From positions 16,616,001 through 16,680,000 of the forward strand of contig CM120646.1 in the NCBI GenBank assembly GCA_051362555.1: a DNA stretch of 64,000 nucleotides. The letters are read 5' to 3'. The position numbers and the translations under genes were made by a program. Of the stretch, positions 54,501 through 64,000 are shown piece after piece (within the stretch, counting starts at the first letter, position 1; every line of letters begins with the position of its first letter). Origin of the DNA: Lingula anatina. Taxonomy: Eukaryota > Animalia > Brachiopoda. The notes under the pieces are model-generated. The model made no database searches. It saw only the letters and a program-made list of their open reading frames with translations, and was not told where the DNA came from.

Positions 54501-56544
54501 TTAGCTGAGTTTGAAGCACTTATTAATCTATTAACCTATTCATATATTTTTTAAGAAAATGTGTAATAAACACAGAATGAATTAAAATAATATCAACTCC
54601 ATTTTTGTAATCTGTGATGTAAAATTATATTTCCAAATAGCAGAAACCATGCAGTGTTAAGTGTAGAAGTAGATATCTTCAAACGGATGAAAAATTTTCA
54701 ACTGATTATTTTCCAATCATATTATCAAGTTTAATTTTCATTTTATAAGACTATCTCTTTGTGTTTTTGTGCATTCCTTAATTATTTAATTAATCATTTA
54801 ATTAACCTTGCTTTTACATATTTCATATTACTTTCCAGATATATGTGTTGCGACATATATATGGTAATTTTTTGCATAAGTGAAATAGGGAAATATAAAT
54901 TACATTTCCAGAAACATTAATTTGCTAAATAATTTAAAACCAGCTTTTTGAAATGGCAAAAAGCTTAAACATATCAAATGAATTGAATCATTAGCTGAGG
55001 AAGTTGAGTCTTAGACGTGGTCTGTCTGCTGCACTTTATAAAAAAAGTTAAAAACAAGTTTGTCAAAAAATTAAAAAGAAATTCAATTGGCCATCTTTCT
55101 GACAAAGCAATTAAGTTTATCAGATAGTTCAAAGAATTATCCTACTTTAAAATTATAATTACTGGGTACCTGTGGTATCCACGGCAGCATTAGTTGATGC
55201 TGACTGGGTTGATGGATCCATGGAGGTACTGCTAGGAGTTGAACCTCTATTTGTTCCTTCAGACAGGAGAAATCAAATTTGTTTAAATTAAAAGTTAATG
55301 GGGAGCATGAGTGAAATGTTGAGCATACAGAGTACCCATTTATAATAATAATAATGATAAATATATCCTAATTGGATCTGTTAAAAAAAGTCATTCTGTC
55401 ATTAACTTTAGCCAAACTTAGTTTTTTAAAAATGACTGAGTCAAAAAATATTACCAAATCAGAATTATAATTACCTGTGCTCTCCATGGCAGCATTAGTT
55501 AACAGTGACAGGGTTGATGAATCTGTTGGGGCACCACTAGAAGTAGAACCTGTATTTGTTCCTATAGATAACATAAATCAAAGTTGTTTTAATTAATAGT
55601 TAATAGGGAGTATGAATGAAATGCAAGAGCCTATGGAGTACAAATTCAAATACTATGAAATATAATAATTACACCAGTACCTTAAGATGTCAGGAAAGTT
55701 ACTAAAATTACTGCTACAAAAAGTTAGTTACTGTCACTAAATTGTAGATGTTCAGTGAATTCGACAGCTAATACCAATTCAAAAATTTTGAAATGAAATT
55801 ATATCCATATACTGTACACAGGTTCACACACCAGAGATTTCAGATGTCACCTCAGAGGAGGAAGAAGTGGTTGAAGCGCCTCCTGAAGAGAGGCTGGAAG
55901 ATGTTGTACTGCTGTCATTAGTGGGAGGTTTTGTTGCAGTGAGATTGCTTGTTGTTTTAATAATACTTTCTGTTGTTTCAGAAGTGGTCTCCGCAGTAGT
56001 TGGTGTAGTCGAACTGGTAGTTGTTTCAGAAGTGGTCTCCACAATAGTTGGTGTCATCGTACTGGTAGTTGTTTCTGCTGCTGTAGTAGTAACTGTAGTG
56101 GTAGTTGCTTCAGCTGTTGTAGTTACTGTAGTAACTGTAGTGATAGTGGTACTCAGGGTTGTATCATTTAATATAAGTATCAAGATATATATCAGAGAAC
56201 TGATGGCTGATTTATGACTTAGAATCTTAGTGAGAAAGTATCAAAAGACAACAAATACTGAGTTTGTATCAAAATATAAAGAAAGGGAATTGAAAGAATG
56301 CTTTGCAAAGATTTGAAAATCACAGCTTGATAAGTTCCAGTATATCATGTACATGCAAGTAAATAAATTATTTTTTAAAATTTAAAAATGAAATGAACAG
56401 CCACTATTTATACTGATTTACATTAGTTAATAAATAAATATGATATAATAATGAATAGTTACCAGTTGAATTAGCAGCTCCTGTTCCAGCTTGAAGAAAT
56501 ATGGCACAAATAAAAAATGCAGCTATTCTCAGAGAAACATTCAT
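39083..56544 (-). CDS. Transmembrane mucin/EGF/SEA receptor, HEG1/MUC13-like, about 876 aa
   Basis: 19 exons (minus): 56544-56463 signal peptide; about 56134-55832 Thr-rich; 55561-55475, 55256-55170, 53946-53872, 53511-53437 S/T repeats; 48183-48091, 47838-47725, 47398-47270 EGF/cbEGF; 46709-46564, 46068-46010, 45717-45539 SEA with NLRQGSLIVDF; 45237-45091, 44281-44156, 43795-43726 plus 43132-43077 EGF; 42672-42585 TM; 41417-41258 and 39637-39083 tail ending YVNPAYNPDSTEWPDKYF*. Phases consistent; the exon 2 acceptor is uncertain. Confidence 0.88.
41147..41205. repeat. (GACA)n(GATA)n microsatellite
   Basis: Direct read. Confidence 0.9.
41815..42341 (+). mobile_element. 5'-truncated L2/CR1-clade LINE (ORF2 C-terminus, 3' UTR, (ATT)n tail)
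   Basis: GHRAFSISAPILWNQLPSHIR..FKKDLKTFLF is the typical L2/CR1 ORF2 end; AATAAA plus (ATT)n tail; possible TATATG target duplication. Confidence 0.85.
44410..44644. mobile_element. MITE with CAGTGGCGGAT..ATCCGCCCCTA ends and internal G/C runs
   Basis: Imperfect TIRs with CAAAG on both flanks; related partial copies near 44012-44103 and 14062-14123. Confidence 0.6.
50789..50995 (+). mobile_element. PIF/Harbinger-like MITE, copy 4
   Basis: CAGCGCATTCCCAGA..TGGGAATGGGGTC flanked by TAA/TAA. Confidence 0.85.
51177..51441. repeat. 91-bp tandem repeat, about 3 copies
   Basis: CAACAAGCATTCAAGTGGGTCGCC recurs at 51211, 51302 and 51393; diverged copy at 51020 and inverted partial copy near 51110-51152. 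Confidence 0.9.
53017..54381. repeat. Duplicated intronic block (about 53017-53290 vs 54095-54381) between S/T exons
   Basis: Near-identical TACATTATATTTCAAATTTT..TTTTCATCTA blocks. Confidence 0.85.
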
Positions 56545-58049
56545 CTTTAAGTCGCAATGGCACAGATTATTACAATATCCACTCTGTATGTGATCTGCAC
56601 TGGAAAATTATAAAGTTAACTCCTCCTTTTGGCTGGTTATGGGTTCAACATGTCCCATACAAAGTTGTGGTAAATATTTAGTAAAACAATGTGAAATAAA
56701 CATCTGTGAAAACAACACTGAACAAACCACCAACTGCCAACAATTAGCCTCAGCAAGTGGCTGGTAAAAAAAACACGCTGTTTTAAAAATAACTGTTGAG
56801 TTAGAGAACACACGTCTGCCTCATTTGCGGCCCACTGGTCGATAAGTCATTGGTGTGGTAACTACTGCTATAAGAGTATCACAAAGTGTTTGTGACCTGC
56901 TCTCCTGAAGTGTTTGCACAAGCTGATAACAGAAATTCAGTGTAAGACACACAGCAAGTACAGGGATATTGGGACATCAAAGGATTTTGTGTGGCACAGC
57001 AGCAATTATCTGCTGTTATCATCATATTGTCTTCTTCTTCATTTGAATCATTATATTTTTATCCTATTACAGTTATTTGTGCCTTATTTTGAAAGAGTTT
57101 TTTAGTGTGATCAAGTGTGTGATAATTTCTAATTTGACAATGTATAAAAATACTGCTTTGACAAAATCAATGACAGTTTTTTTCTTTTTCTTTTTCAATC
57201 TCATTTAATTTATGATCATCAGCAATGATCCAATGTAACTAACTTGGAAACTTTGATATGTGTAATTTATACTTAAACCTCCATGATGAAAATGACCTTG
57301 GTGAACGCAGGGACAAATGAGGCGTTATGACTATGAACATATTTATCAGCTATAGATTTTATTTTAGTTAAAGCAATGATTCATTGGCCATGTATCTATT
57401 ATAGTTAAACAAAGTTGCCATTTGACCTGCCATATCCTAAATTTTGCTCAATATCAATATCAAATTTTGATAAGGCATTTAATTATCATTTTCCATCTAA
57501 ATCTTTTCAATCAGAAGTTATTATAACATTCTGCCAAAATAATAAAGCATTTCTGAGTACAATTTATCATTTTTTTTCCAATATATAATTAACATCTGAA
57601 ACCTTTAACATCTTGTTCTTAAGTAAACACATTCTACATATTCGGGCACTGTGTAAGCTCAGACTCACTATTCCCAATCAAGGATTTCAGCACTCTTTTT
57701 GTGACCCATAAACCAAGAAGTCTCTTATAACTTCTTGCATACAAAAAAAAAAAAGGGGGGGGGGGGGGGCACCTGCCTTTTTCTTCATCCTCAAAATTCT
57801 AGACCTGAGGATGAATTAAGTGTAGAGATTGCAGGATCAACCAAATCGTATTTCTAACAAAAACAAGCAAACATGGTACATGATACATGTCTTATTAGTG
57901 ACTTAATATCTCAGTAAAAGAATTAAATCTTTCCACTTAAGTAGTATTTCCACAATCACAGTTCTTAGAAATTACAGTTTAGACTCTGCCGTTTATCAAG
58001 TACTGGTAATGATCAACAAGTTGACCCCTGATGTGCAGATTGTGGGTAA

Positions 58050-58150
58050 ACATTGAACAATAAAGGCAAACAACCATGAGTTAATCAGTAAACTCACTTC
58101 TCTGGGGTGTATCTAGATGGAAAAAAGATCTGAAAGGACACATGTTCCAT
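58050..58150 (+). mobile_element. Highly decayed LINE RT fragment
   Basis: Frameshifted LGVYLD-like motif of non-LTR reverse transcriptases. Confidence 0.3.
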
Positions 58151-59221
58151 ATGGGAAGATTAGAAGTCAATAAAAATCTCTCAGTGGTGCCTCTGGTATG
58201 TTACTCTCAGAGCGCAACATGTGTTCATTGCGTGCCATACCCTAGATATGCCACTGTATTTCCTTGATATTCTCGGTCTGGTTTTCTGGTTTGATTTTCC
58301 TGTTCCTGATAAAGTACTTAGAGTGAAAGAAGATAATAATTTAATTGTACTCACATCAACAGACATGGACCCGTTTTAATGACATAATTATTGCCCTTAT
58401 TGACCCCAAATTTCATTTCATGTCAGCCGCATTTATTTTTGAATTTTATTTTATCAAATTTTATATGTTGGTAATGCTGCTTGTAATCCAGTATTGGGAA
58501 GTAAGTTGAGCTTTAATTTTTAACTTAAAAACTAATTTTGAAAAATATTACAGTGATGATGATACTCCATCTCCTTGTTATTACTTGTTTATTTCACTGA
58601 ACAATAAATCTGTCATATTATAAACAAATGGATATGTATATATGATTATGCAAATAGGACTTAAGAAGCTATTATAAATTTTGTGTTGTTGTCACATTAA
58701 CCAATACAATATGTGACCATATACCGGTACATGTATCTTCTGAAAGGAACCCCTTACTTCAGGAATGACTTTTTTTAAATCTCACTTTTTCCAACAACAA
58801 AAGGTTCATATACAAAAAAGTACTCTTGCACAACACTTAATGTAACATGTTCAGAATGGACGGAATGCTGTATTTTACAGAATCTTACTGGAAAAAAAAA
58901 CAATCTTAAAATTCACTTAGATATATCCTGAATAAAAGATTTTAACACATGCATAAACATGGTTTTATATACATGTATATCCAGGCAACTAAACACACAG
59001 TCTAATTTTAAATCAGATAATTATAATAACTAGAGGATCAGAGAGGCGATACCGCCTCCGAATATTGTACCACCAGCTGGAGCAAGCGCATTCGTATAGA
59101 CCCCCACATACACAAAATAAGGGGTGCAGCCACCAGTCTTGTGCTTGACAAGCTGTAAAAATGCAATCAACAAGAATTTTCAAAATATGCAAAAAATATA
59201 TATAACTAAAAATGGTGCAAT

Positions 59222-60228
59222 CAAAGTTAAGTTCATTGTAAGGTAGGTCAAAGGTCAATTTCAAGGTCACAGTAAATTGCCAGTATATGACTTCCTATCC
59301 AACTTCAATAGTAACTATGGACCTATCTCTGCCAGTTTTGGAGATAAAAGGGAAGCAAAATTTGCAAAGTTCAGTTCATGGTGAAAAGTAGGTCAAAGGT
59401 CAATTTCAAGGTCACAGTAAGATTGCCAGTATATGACTTCCTATTCAACTTCAATAGTAACTATGGACCTATCTCTGCCAGTTTTGGAGATAAAAGGGAA
59501 GCAAAATTTGCAAAGTTCAGTTCATGGTGAAAAGTAGGTCAAAGGTCAATTTCAAGGTCACATTTAGATTGCCAGTATATGACTTCCTATTCAACTTCAA
59601 TAGTAACTATGGACCTATCTCTGCCAGTTTTGGAGATAAAAGGGAAGCAAAATTTGCAAAGTTCAGTTCATGGTGAAAAGAAGGTCAAAGGTCAATTTCA
59701 AGGTCACAGTAAAATTGCCAGTATATGACTTCCTATGCAAGTTCAATAGTAACTATGGACCTATCTCTGCCAGTTTTGGAGATAAAAGGGAAGCAAATTT
59801 TGCAAAGTTCAGTTCAAGGTGAAAAGTAGGTCAAAGGTCAATTTCAAGGTCACAGTAAAATTGCCAGTATATGACTTCCTATTCAAGTTCAATAGTAACT
59901 ATGGACCTATCTCTGCCAGTTTTGGAGATAAAAGGGAAGCAAAATTTGCAAAGTTCAGTTCATGGTGATAAGTAGGTCAAAGGTCAATTTCAAGGTCACA
60001 GTAAGATTGCCAGTATATGACTTCCTATTCAACTTCAATAGTAACTATGGACCTATCTCTGCCAGTTTTGGAGATAAAAGGGAAGCAAAATTTGCAAAGT
60101 TCAGTTCATGGTGAAAAGTAGGTCAAAGGTCAATGTCAAGGTCACAGTAAGATTGCCAGTATATGACTTCCTATTCAACTTCAATAGTAACTATGGACCT
60201 ATCTCTGCCAGTTTTGGAGATATAAGGG
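59222..60228. repeat. 146-bp satellite-like tandem array, about 7 near-identical units
   Basis: G(T/A)AGGTCAAAGGTCA at 59243, 59388, 59534, 59680, 59826, 59972 and 60118. Confidence 0.97.
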
Positions 60229-60472
60229 ACTAAATGTTATAATTTTGGAGTTACCATAATGTGCCATAAATTTCCTACAGAAAAAATTAATTAAAATAAA
60301 GAAAAGGTCATTTTGGTCAAAGTTCTTGAAATGGGAGGTTCTCTGAAGTTGCAGAAGTTTAAATTTGATAAAATAATGTCATTTTTGACCACAAGTTGTC
60401 TGCTTTGCCAAGCATTATGTTTTATTTTTCCGGAGTTCAAAATTTATTATCCATTACCGTACTGCACATTTT

Positions 60473-60764
60473 TACGGAAGCCGACTGGTGCCATATGTTG
60501 AAAAAAAAAATTATCTCGAAATTTCGAGATAGCATTTTTTTTGTTCAAATTTCAAAATACTATCTCGAAATTTCGAGATAAATTTTTTTGCTCAAATATC
60601 AAAATGCTATCTCGAAATTTCGAGATAATTTTTTTTTTGTTCAAATTTCAAAATGCTATCTCGAAATTTCGAGATAAAAATTTTTTTTGTTCAAATTTCA
60701 AAATAGTATCTCGAAATTTCGAGATAATTTTTTTTTCTACATATGGCACCAGTGGGCTTCCGTA
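60473..60764. mobile_element. MITE with TACGG termini and 6-bp TSD (IS3EU-like), nested in the HINE
   Basis: TIRs TACGGAAGCC(G/C)ACTGGTGCCATATGT.., TSD CATTTT (60467-72 and 60765-70), five internal TATCTCGAAATTTCGAGATA palindromes. Confidence 0.8.
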
Positions 60765-62334
60765 CATTTTCCTTTCACCACCAATATGTACTTTTTGATA
60801 CAGCGTAACTCGAAAACCGTATGGAATACAAAAAAACCGAGACCACCTCCAGTGTTGGGCTTTACATGCTCTACAAAATGAATGAAAAAAAATGGGTCTC
60901 TAGCATTAACGGTTCCCGAATTAGAGACAGTTTTCAGTTTTGGTATCTTATGGCCGCTACTCCTGTGAAAATGCACCGATTGACCCCAAATTCACGGAGA
61001 TGAAAGATGACCTGAAGGGTAACACTTTCCAATAATATTATTGGTTAAGTCTGTGTGGCGTCTGAATAACAGGGCAAAAAAATTTTTTTTCATAAAAAAT
61101 TTCATTTTTTTGAAAATTTTGACCCATTTGACCTTGAAGTAAAGGTCAAAGGTCAAATCCGAGGGTATATTTGAAATCTACACATATGACTTTTGGAAAG
61201 CCGTCTATAGAAATTTTTCCCGTAACTCCTTCTGTAGGGTAGATAATTAGCATTTAATTTTGCCATTTTTAGACAAGGGTGCATTGCAATGAGTGCCACA
61301 CCCAGACCCCAATACCGACGAAGCCCAAATTTTACGTGGAACGAGTTGAGATTATAGGTGACCTAAATCCATGAGATGGGTACGGGGGCCCTTACCGTCT
61401 AGGAGGAGAAGCGGTAACGGTAACATGGCGGCGGAGCCGGCGGAACGGACCGGACGGGACCGAAACCATGTGTACCGCCAGCGCTAACGCTGGTGGTAAA
61501 TTTTTTTGTTCAAATTTCAAAATAGTATCTCGAAATTTCGAGATAATTTTTTTTTCTACATATGGCACCAGTGGGCTTCCGTACATTTTCCTGTCACCAC
61601 CAATATGTACTTTTTGATACAGCGTAACTCGAAAAACCGTATGGAATACAAAAAAACCGAGACCACCTCCAGTGTTGGGCTTTACATGCTCTACAAAATG
61701 CAAAAAAGAATGGGTCTCTAGCATTAACGGTTCCCGAATTAGAGACAGTTTTCAGTTTCGGTATCTTATGGCCGCTACTCCTGTGAAAATGCACCGATTG
61801 ACCCCAAATTCACGGAGATGAAAGATGACCTGAAGGGTAACACTTTCCAATAATATTATTGGTTAAGTCTGTGTGGTGTCTGAATAACAGGGCAAAAAAA
61901 TTTTTTTTCGTAAAAAATTTCATTTTTTTGAAAATTTTGGCCCATTTGACCTTGAAGTAAAGGTCAAAGGTCAAATCCGAGGGTATATTTGAAATCTACA
62001 CATATGACTTTTGGAAAGCCGTCTGTAGAAATTTTTCCCGTAACTCCTTCCGTAGGGTAGATAATTAGCATTTAATTTTGCCATTTTTGGACAAGGGTGC
62101 ATTGCAATGAGTGCCACACCCAGACCCCAATACCGACAAAGCCCAAATTTTACGTGGAACGAGTTGAGATTATAGGTGACCTAAATCCATGAGATGGGTA
62201 TGGGGGGCCTTACCGTCTAGGAGGAGAAGCGGTAACGGTAGCCGTCCGGCGGAGCCGGCGGAGCCGGCGGAGCCGGCGGAACGATCCGGACGAGACCGAA
62301 ACCATGTGTACCGCCAGCGCTAACGCTGGTGGTA
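60678..62334. repeat. Tandem direct duplication of about 820 bp (60678-61498 and 61499-62334)
   Basis: Near-identical copies containing the right part of the MITE and the HINE terminus. Confidence 0.95.
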
Positions 62335-62984
62335 CAATAATTCACTATGTATAATTTCAACAACTCAAATTTGTTTTGACCTTACTTAAAAACACATTTC
62401 CCAACATTAAAATCAAATAAAAAAGAGATGACAAAGCATGAAAAAAAAAACATGCTTGAAATTTTAGCAATAAGAAAGGCAAAAAAAAAAAAAAAATGGA
62501 ACATTATTCAACTGAGCCTCTTAGTAAAATTGATATGTATTTAATATAGATGACTCCAGCAAGTAGAAACACACAACTGTGTCCGTTTCCCAATGATAAA
62601 CAAAGTGCATGGCCATTCCATCACACTAGCCACACCAACAGACTGGTGATAGCTGCAAGAATGGACAAATTCAGTGTCTGCATGAAAATCTCCCACCCAC
62701 ACAAAAAATAATACAAAAATAAATAAATAATAAATAAAGAAATATTTAACACAACATAGCTTAAAAATTAAAATCATATTTCTATTGAATCTGATATCAG
62801 TTAAAATATCACTTCCCTGAATCTTAAACATCTGTCTTGGTTCTCCTGGGTCTTCTGTCATTCCAATAGATGTCACCAGTGTCTTATATGATATTAATAA
62901 TGTCACAATTCCAAGAGTGTTACACATGTCATCATCATGAATGACACTATCACAAAGAGTTTTGTTACATGTTTATATTTGGCG

Positions 62985-63902
62985 TTAGTGTCTATGTCCA
63001 TTTGACATGTCTTCACTGGCCGAGGCAATACCTGAATCTGGCTTTATCCCATCCTCATCTGCATCAGACTCCTCTGACTCTTCGGGAGAACTAAATTGAA
63101 AAACAAAATCAATTTTAATGATTTAAACTAAGTTTAAAAAAACAACAGACCAAAATTTGGAACCGTAACTGATGAGTCACAGTCTGGTACGTATAGGAAA
63201 ACAGAGAACACGTTGGATGTCTGTTCACATGCTCTAACAACAGGAATTTCTGATGTACACAACAGGCCTGATAGACAGTGACAGTAAATAAGGTAACATA
63301 AGTGCAGCGCCTGCATATTTCTATAAAAAATACCTATACCTGTCATCATCATCATCATCATCATCGTCATCATCATCGTCGTCTTCATCATCGTCGTCAT
63401 CCTCATCATCATCACTCTCTTCAGAACTGGCCTCTGCATCTGTAAAATGTCAGAATATCAAAAATCTGCTGCTCCCTGATCACTACAACATGTTGAATAT
63501 AACCTGAATATCCATCTAGGTAGCTAAACATTAAAAAGAATATTGATTTTAACCTTCTTTCAGAAATGTTAAGTTCACACAGACTTTCAGGGATGTAATT
63601 CCGAAAAAATGTACCAATTTTTGTATATTTATATGGTAATCACATGAAATCAAACACAGCAGACAACATCACAAATTATGACAATCACTTGGGAAAAGAA
63701 ATGTGATGGGACTATACAACAAATTGTGGTTCATTAATCCGTGGTGCAAAATAAAATATTTGACACAACTCACAATATAATTTCAACAATTGAATCTGGT
63801 TTTAAAAACAAAGGAACAAGAGTGACTTACCAAGCTGCATCTTCTCTTCAATCAGTGGTTTGAACATGAGAGCCTCGGGGTGTTCTGGCTCATACAGGAG
63901 AA
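62985..63902 (-). CDS. ERICH2: Glutamate-rich protein 2, 3' exons (gene continues beyond the window)
   Basis: Exons 63902-63831 (LLYEPEHPEALMFKPLIEEKMQL, matching remembered ERICH2 ILIYEPENPEAKEFFTLIEE), 63439-63340 (poly-Asp/Glu), 63090-62985 (..DSGIASASEDMSNGHRH*). Phases consistent. Confidence 0.8.
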
Positions 63903-64000
63903 CTGGAAATGGGTTTTAATGAGAATGTTAAAGTCTTTAAAGCTTGAAAGCAAATTACAGGGATGGGATGCAAGGATGCTTAAGAGAAGCAAATCCTCTA

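Larger units (their letters stand above)
59028..62340 (-). mobile_element. Non-autonomous Helentron/DINE-like (HINE) element
   Basis: SubTIR TATTGTACCACCAGC (59063-77) is inverted to GCTGGTGGTACAATA (62325-39); internal IR GTACCGCCAGC (62308-18); short hairpin GAGGCG-ATAC-CGCCTC (59043-58); CTAG followed by TT at the minus-strand 3' end; GGCGGAGCC/CGGA simple repeat; central tandem array. Confidence 0.75.

Noticed and set aside
60512-60726. Regularly spaced palindromic repeats resembling a CRISPR array
   Set aside because: The spacers are near-identical to each other, the array is bounded by TIRs and a TSD, the context is eukaryotic and there are no cas genes.
62541-62927. 128-aa minus-strand ORF with a hydrophobic stretch
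   Set aside because: Lies just past the ERICH2 stop in probable 3' UTR; the hydrophobicity comes from T-rich sequence.

Overview
AT-rich, intron-containing animal genomic DNA, probably a marine invertebrate (inferred). I built gene models by hand from GT-AG splice sites with phase checks. In order: (1) a secreted 779-aa collagen on + (signal peptide, RYGYAG microexon, one EGF domain, CxxxC, about 229 Gly-X-Y triplets, short Tyr/Lys/Arg tail, no C-terminal trimerisation domain); (2) TMEM192 on +, 7 exons; (3) a 780-aa type I receptor on - (CCP, PAN/Apple, half-EGF, 6 CCP, TM, tyrosine-motif tail) whose introns hold a decayed Tc1 and a 4.8-kb CACTG-ended element; (4) a 329-aa orphan on - resembling a transmembrane adaptor; (5) a 19-exon mucin/EGF/SEA receptor on - with HEG1-like cytoplasmic motifs; (6) a 3.3-kb non-autonomous Helentron-like element with a 146-bp tandem array, a nested MITE and a duplicated end; (7) the 3' exons of ERICH2 on -. 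There are also several MITEs, an L2-like LINE 3' end and microsatellites. Homology calls rest on remembered family sequences and motifs, not database searches.
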